Shown here one piece after another: positions 22,671 to 64,000 of a stretch of DNA of 64,000 nucleotides. The first letter of the stretch is position 1. Every line of letters starts with the position of its first letter. Source of the DNA: the human T2T-CHM13v2.0 reference genome, Homo sapiens. The stretch lies in the NCBI RefSeq assembly GCF_009914755.1, contig NC_060941.1; one strand, 5' to 3'. The notes under the pieces were generated by a model. That model had not been told where the DNA came from and did not search any database. It saw only the letters and a list, made by a program, of their open reading frames with translations. The position numbers were made by a program, and so were the translations under genes.

Positions 22671-23082
22671 GCAGGCGGGAGCCACCGCGCCCAGCCAGCT
22701 TGTTTGTGCTCATGTTTCTGGAGACTGCAGATGCTTGATTACTTCTCCTTTGTGTTGAATTCCCCGTTTCCTGGATCCCAGACCTCCCTTTTCCCTTCAC
22801 TGATTTACTTCTTCATTTTTGAAAAGTCTGCCCTCTGGGTGCTTCCTGAGGATGGAGGCTGACGTGTCTGCAAGTGTCTCTGTTCGGGCTTCATCCCTGA
22901 CTGACAGTTTGGCTGGGCATGGAATCCTAGGATGGAAATCCAGTCCCCCAGGATCTCAAGGGCTGGCTCCATTGTCTTCTACCTTCCAGCTTGATGCTAC
23001 TCAAAGCCTCAGTTCCAGGCAGCGTCCTGCTCCTATCCTGCCTGGAAAGGCACATCCCCTTGTTCTCTTTACCCTTCACCTC

Positions 23083-23769
23083 TGATATGGTTTGGCTGTG
23101 TCCCCACCCAAATCTTATCTTGAATCCCAGCTCCCATGATCCCCACGTGTCGTGGGAGGGACTTGGTGGGAGGTAATTGAATCATGGGGGCTGGTTTTTC
23201 CCATGCTGTTCTCATGGTAATGAATAAGTCTCACGAGATCTGATGGTTTCATAAAGGGCAGTTCGCCTGCACACGCTTTCCTTGCCTGCCTGCCACCATA
23301 TGAGACATGCCTTTGCTCCTCCTTCGCTTTCTACCATGATTGTGAGGCCTCCCCAGGCATGTGAAACTGTGAGTCCATTAAACCTCTTTCCTGGCTAGGC
23401 GCGGTGGCTCACACCTGTAATCCCAGCACTTTGGGAGGCCGAGGCGGGCGGATCACGAGGTCAGGAGATCGAGACCATCCTGGCTAACGTGGTGAAACCC
23501 CGTCTCTACTAAAAATACAAAAAACTAGCCGGGCGTGGTGGCGGGCACCTGTAGTCCCAGCTACTCAGGAGGCTGAGGCAGGAGAATGGCGTGAACCCAG
23601 GAGGTGGAGCTTGCAGTGAGCCGAGATTGTGCCACTGAACTCTAGCCTGGGTGACAGAGCGAGACTCCGTTTCAAAAAAAAAAAAAAAAAAAAACCAAAA
23701 ACGTCTTTCCTTTATAAATTGCCCAGTCTCAGGTATGTCTTTATTAGCGCACAAAAACAGACTAATACA
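23083..23769 (+). mobile_element. THE1 (THE1C-like) solo LTR with an AluY inserted at 23392-23695
   Basis: tgatatggtttggctgtgtccccacccaaatc ... cccagtctcaggtatgtctttattagc...actaataca; Alu TSD aaacctctttcc / aaacgtctttcc. Confidence 0.9.
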
Positions 23770-24069
23770 CCTCTCTGGCCTCCAATCCAACTCCCTCCAA
23801 TCCAGCTGGCCTGTGAGGTCCCTGTCTTTCACAACCTCTCCTGCCCTTGTTCTGTCTCTGGGTGACCATCCACCTGATTGTGCACAACTGAAGCCCAGAA
23901 TCTGTAAGGGGGTCTGGTGGGTAGGCCAGACATGCTGGAAACACCCACAAGCTAATCAAACACGTCCCCTTTCCAAATGTCACATCCCAACTCTGTGCTG
24001 CCTTTTCCCTCGATACCAGCGTGCGTTTTCCTGGAGAGACGGTGGAGAGTTCTATCAGAATCAGTTCGG

Positions 24070-25733
<1,664 letters not shown>

Positions 25734-26127
25734 CTATGAGGTGGGGACAGCAATGACAGCCATCTGGCCAGGCCAATACATCCTGCCTGGCTGGGCTTTC
25801 AGCTCCCACCATTGCCCCTAGCTGGTCAGCAAGGTCCTGCCCGCCTCCTGGCTGTGGGGCTGCACATGTCAGATTCCCTTCCCATGTCTGGGGAGCTCCC
25901 ACCTGAGGATCTTGCTGGAAAGTCCTTGCCTGGGCTGTGCCAATCCAAGGCCCTGCCCTGCTCTTGAACAAACAGCCACAGGCTAGGAGCAGGGCCACAA
26001 GATGGAGGCTGCAATGACGGCAGTGATCGGGGTGGGGTCGTCGTGGGAGGTTTTTTTTTTTTACAAATATAAAAACATTATATATATTGGGGGTATGTAT
26101 ATTACACGTATTATCCTTTTAAAAAGT

Positions 26128-26133
26128 TTTATT
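26128..26133 (-). terminator. Probable TRIM65 polyadenylation signal AATAAA (about 1.8 kb 3'UTR)
   Basis: tttatt in an AT-rich, L1-tail-like segment. Assignment to TRIM65 is inferred from its position. Confidence 0.6.
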
Positions 26134-26208
26134 GTGAAATATTTATCCATGAGTACATATAACATAGATGTCCAGTTTTTCAAGTTACAAAAAGCAGACA
26201 GCCCTCCC

Positions 26209-27443
<1,235 letters not shown>

Positions 27444-27929
27444 CTACAAGACAGGACGGACGTCTCTCCAAATGTTACAAAAAATTAAAGAGAGCTGCAG
27501 GCGGGGAGGAGGGAGGAATCTGTCTCCCCCTGGGACTACTCTGGCTCACCGCCCCTCCCTGACTGCTCCTTTGGCCCTTATCATCTCCAGAGGCAAGTTC
27601 AGGTAGATCTGAATTTTGTCACACACGCTGTCCTGTAAGCCCAGAAGTCCCCTGGGCACTGCTCTCGCCTCCCAGGCCCAGACAGTACCTAGAACTGGGT
27701 TCTCTCTGGGGCAAGGGCATCCCATTTATCCCCCTCCTAGACTGTGTCCCCTTCAAAAAGGCTGCAACAGTGAACTCTGCGTTTATGCTCACCTCCCCCA
27801 ACCTCCCATCTCTTTCTGAGTTAACAGAGAGGCCAACAGCTGGTCCTCCAGTCCCCAAGCTGAAGCTGGGCAGCTCTTGGGCACATAGGCATGGTGGCAG
27901 CTATGCCAGGGCTCCATCCCATGCCTTCT

Positions 27930-34088
<6,159 letters not shown>

Positions 34089-35812
34089 GGCCCGGCGGCG
34101 GCGAGAGCCAGGCGGGCCCCGGGCGTCTTAAAGGGACCGCGGGCCTCGCGCGCTGAGGGCGCCTGGGCGTGGCTAACGCGGGGCGGGGCGAGATCCGGGC
34201 GGGGCGGGGCGAGATCCGCGCCCGGGAAGGCGGAGGGGGGCGGCAGGCCCTTCTCTGACACCCTCGACGAGCGACCGCCGCAGGGGCCTAGGCCACCCCT
34301 GCCCACCTCGGCCTGGCCCGCTCGAAGGTTCCGCGTTCCCGCCTTGCGCCCCTCCCTCCGTCTAGGGTCCACGCCACCCCGGCTGAGAGCTGAGTTCGGC
34401 TCTCTAGGGTCCCAGCCTGGCGGGTCCATCCCACCCCCCTGGGCCTTCAGCCCAGGTCCTGGAGACCAGAGGCTCGAAAACCCCGCCAGGACTCCGGGCT
34501 TCTGACCACGGGCCGCGCGGAACCTCTTCTGGACTCATCTGCCAGTCGCCTAACAGCATAGACCCCCACCCCCAACAATCCCCCGGGGCTTGGCGATGAA
34601 ACGGGCTGGCGGGCTCCCTGCAGACCCGAGCACTGCTGCACTTTTTCCTGGAGCTGGGTTTCGGACACTTGCCAGACTGGGGTGTCTCCCTTCTCTGGGC
34701 TACACGTAATTTTGGTTCTTTTAAAGTAAACAGCGAGATGGAAATGTCTGGTCACCAAGAGACAGGGACCAGTTAACTGGTATTTTTCAAATGGCCCTGA
34801 ATGAATACACAAACCAGCTTTCATCTGCAATCAGCATCCCCTCTTCCTGCTGCCCTCCGCTGGGGAGAGTTCCTTGCCTGGGGTCCAAGCTGATCTGCAG
34901 CCTCAGTATTTACAGGCACTCCAGCATTTCCCCTGAAGCTGAGCAGGCAAGGCGGGTCTGGGGCCTAGCGCCCACCTACCTGACAGTGTGTATCAGGCCA
35001 GGGGGAACCCCAGGAGAGTACGGCCTTTCTAACCAAGCTGGGCTGATGTTGAGGCGGCACGAGCTCTCACTGCTGCAGCAAGCACTGCGTCCTCTGTGCG
35101 GCCATAGACGAAGTTTCTTTCTGGACAAAGTGCACGGATCTACCCTCCACCTACTAGTTAGCCAGACTTCTGCTTTTGGTAAGGGAGAAACAAAACACCT
35201 AACCATCCAGCCGCAAGACTCCATGGGTTTTCTGACCCTGAGCAGGTCTCTTGAGACACGCTGTTGCCTACCTAATGTGGCTTCTCCTCCCAAGCATGGG
35301 GTGGGGGCTGGAGCCTGTGCAGAGGGTCAGTGCTCGGGCAGGCACTCTCTCTCCAGGGGCCGGTGGGACCCCCCTGAGGCACAGAGCCAGTGCTCAATAA
35401 ATGCTCCTTCCTGAGCCCAGCTGCTCTGCTCCACTTTTTCGGGGAGCTGGGTTTCAGGAACCTGCTGGATTGGGATGTCTCCCTTCCCTGGGCCACACCT
35501 GTTTTTGGCCCACTGCCTGCTTTTGCTTCGGATCCCAGGGCCCCTGACACCCTCAGAAGACGGAGGTGAGGACGCACTTAGTGGGGTGGGAGGCAGCCCG
35601 TTTCCCACCCATGAAGCTCCATCGGGGTCCTCTGGCCCTGGAGCACCGACCCAGGCCAGCTATGGCAGAAATCCCTTTTTTTAAAAAATACAGGCAGGGT
35701 CTCATTATATTGCCAGCTGGTCTTGAACTCCTGGGCTCAAGCGACCCTCCCTTCTCAGCCTCCCAGTGTTGGAATTACAGGTGTGAGCCACCAAGCCCGG
35801 CAAGAAATCATG

Positions 35813-35818
35813 TTTATT
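35813..35818 (-). terminator. MRPL38 polyadenylation signal AATAAA
   Basis: tttatt about 185 nt downstream of the stop codon. Confidence 0.8.
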
Positions 35819-36001
35819 CACATTCCCCACCCCACCACCTGAGAGTCACTTTCACTCCAAGCCCTGGGCCTGACGGGAGGGGGCCAAAGAGGGGGGCTGC
35901 CTAAGGCAGGGCCCAGACCCCACAGTGTGGGCCTCTGGAGCTGTGTCTTTACTCTTGCTGCCGATCAATCCCATGCTCTGAAATGCGCACACTCTGGCTC
36001 C

Positions 36002-42450
<6,449 letters not shown>

Positions 42451-42456
42451 TTGAGG

Positions 42457-46207
<3,751 letters not shown>

Positions 46208-46746
46208 TAGTGAAGACCTGAAAATTTGCCCTCAGACAAATTTGCCCTGAAAAGTTGCACGTCTTTAACAAGATATGCAAAGCCCTCTCATTCTAACCTC
46301 TTCTCCCTACTCTGTCTTGAAGGCCATGCTCTCCCCCTGTGGGTCTCCCAGCACCGCCCTCCCCGATGTATGTGCTTGATCACCTGCAGGTCCTGCAGGT
46401 GGCTGCCTAGATACCAGCTGCCCCTGGGCCGACGTGCCCATCCTTAGACCCCCCCAGCTCTTTGCACAGGTCTGCCTCAGGACTGGTTGAGTCTCTTTTG
46501 TGGAGAATCAAATTTGAGACTTAACCAAGGCTTCCAATGGGGCATGTGATACTTCCCTCCTCAGTGTTGGTACCAGCCCCAGAAGCGCCTGAAAAGATCT
46601 TCCTCCCACACCAGCACCTACCAGGAGTGTAGCCTGCTCCTCTGGGAGGTAGGAGAGCGGGGTGGCTGACAGCGTGGAGCTTGGGGATTGGCCAGAGCAG
46701 AACTCAAATCCAGGCGCAGCTACTCACTGTCATTTCAGGCAGGTTA

Positions 46747-46917
46747 TTTAATCTCCCCGGGCCTCAGTTTCTGCATGTTTGAAGCAGGGCTAATAGTACC
46801 CTTCTCCTGGCTGTGGTCCAGCTGCCAGGTGCCACCGCAGACCGCAGGTGCTGGAGGGGAGAGGCACGTGGCCAGAGGCGCCTGGTCCTGACCAATCTTA
46901 TAGGCTGATCTTTTAAT
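46747..46917 (-). terminator. Candidate FBF1 polyA signals ATTAAA (46912-46917 and 46747-46752)
   Basis: Two tttaat hexamers about 1.0-1.1 kb past the stop; the distal one is inside a MIR. Confidence 0.5.
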
Positions 46918-47876
46918 AAGAACATCTGCCTGTTCTTTGGGACTTGTCCAGCAAATAACAGGAAACATTTTCTAAGAAATAAGTATAAACTCCGATGAGC
47001 CATGGCAAAAGCAGTTTTTTTAAGCTTAGTCAAGTTGAAGCAGCGGGAGTGGAGGAGGATCAGAGAAACCTCTGTAGTTGTGATTGGTTCCTTGTCGCCT
47101 CCACTGCGTACCCGCTGAGCTGGGCTTTGGGCAGGTGAGCAGCACAGAGGCTTCCCTCCTCGTCCCTCCCCACACCCCACCATCGCCACAGCTCCCTCCG
47201 CCGCCGGTGGGGCACCCAGATGGGGAGGAAGCTGAGGAGGCCACTGTTCACCCAAACTGGTTGGTCCTTCGGGCAATGCTGGGAATAGGGTGGGGGCTCT
47301 GGGCAAGCCCAGGAGGAGGAGGGCCTGGCTGAGTTCCAGGAACATCTCACACCACAAGGGAGGATCTAGCTGGTGCCCTCCCTGTACTGTCAGGAGGCCA
47401 GAGGGCCCTTCTCCAGCTCATCAGGGAGGGAACTGCTCTGGCAGGGAGTAGGGAAGGCTGTTTGTGGCATCCCTCAAGAAAGCTCCTGCCTCAGAAGAGG
47501 CCCAGGCAAAAAGAGCCCACAACAGTCTACCTGTGGAGCAGGGGGAGCCCACAGAGCCCAGGGGGAGCCCACAGAGCCCAGTGAGAGCTGGGGGTCCTTG
47601 CTGCCAACTCAGACCCTCAGATCCAAGCCAATGGCTTTGGGGCAGGGCAGCCAAAGCCATGGTAAGATAGCCTACACCACAGAGCCCCAGAGGCAGGGGC
47701 TGCCCCGGGCTGGCACATTTGGAAAGGATGCACTTGCACCCTGTCCACGGAAGAGCTGTCATCAGGCCTCAAGCATCTCAGAATCCTCCCCAGGCACTGC
47801 CTCCATGGAGGCAGCCGGAGGAACAGGACAGTTCTGGGGTCCGAACCCTCTGTTGGGGAATCGGCTGGGGTCCCAC

Positions 47877-64000
<16,124 letters not shown>

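Noticed and set aside
46764-47357. About 195-aa ORF in the FBF1 3'UTR
   Set aside because: Lies past the true stop, has no recognisable homology and ends inside a MIR.
47541-47587. 20-bp tandem duplication ggggagcccacagagcccag in the FBF1 3'UTR; also a 17-bp tandem at about 63014-63047
   Set aside because: Ordinary slippage duplications with no evident function; the GGTAAGT in the second is on the non-coding strand.

Overview
Human genomic DNA that I recognise as the 17q25.1 cluster. It is very Alu-dense and carries four protein-coding genes head-to-tail on the minus strand: TRIM47 (6 coding exons, 638 aa), TRIM65 (6 coding exons, 517 aa), MRPL38 (9 coding exons, 380 aa) and the last 21 exons of FBF1, whose 5' part runs off the window. 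I rebuilt all exon structures by hand from splice signals, and the reading frames close. The first ~11 kb and 16-26 kb are intergenic and mostly Alu, L1, L2, MIR, MaLR LTR and Tigger DNA. I saw no CRISPR array, tRNA or rRNA, and no convincing new protein-coding gene. The most unusual structure is in TRIM65 intron 1, which holds decayed copies of the gene's own exons: the B-box end of exon 1 (with its neighbouring AluY) and part of exon 4. Other points: a G-quadruplex-type 38-bp VNTR whose last unit supplies the branch point and acceptor of an FBF1 exon; a GC-AG, stop-free, in-frame FBF1 intron; inverted Alus in the TRIM65 3'UTR; transposon-donated polyA signals; and an AP-1/NF-kB module in TRIM47 intron 1. 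Repeat subfamily names are by eye and their boundaries are approximate.
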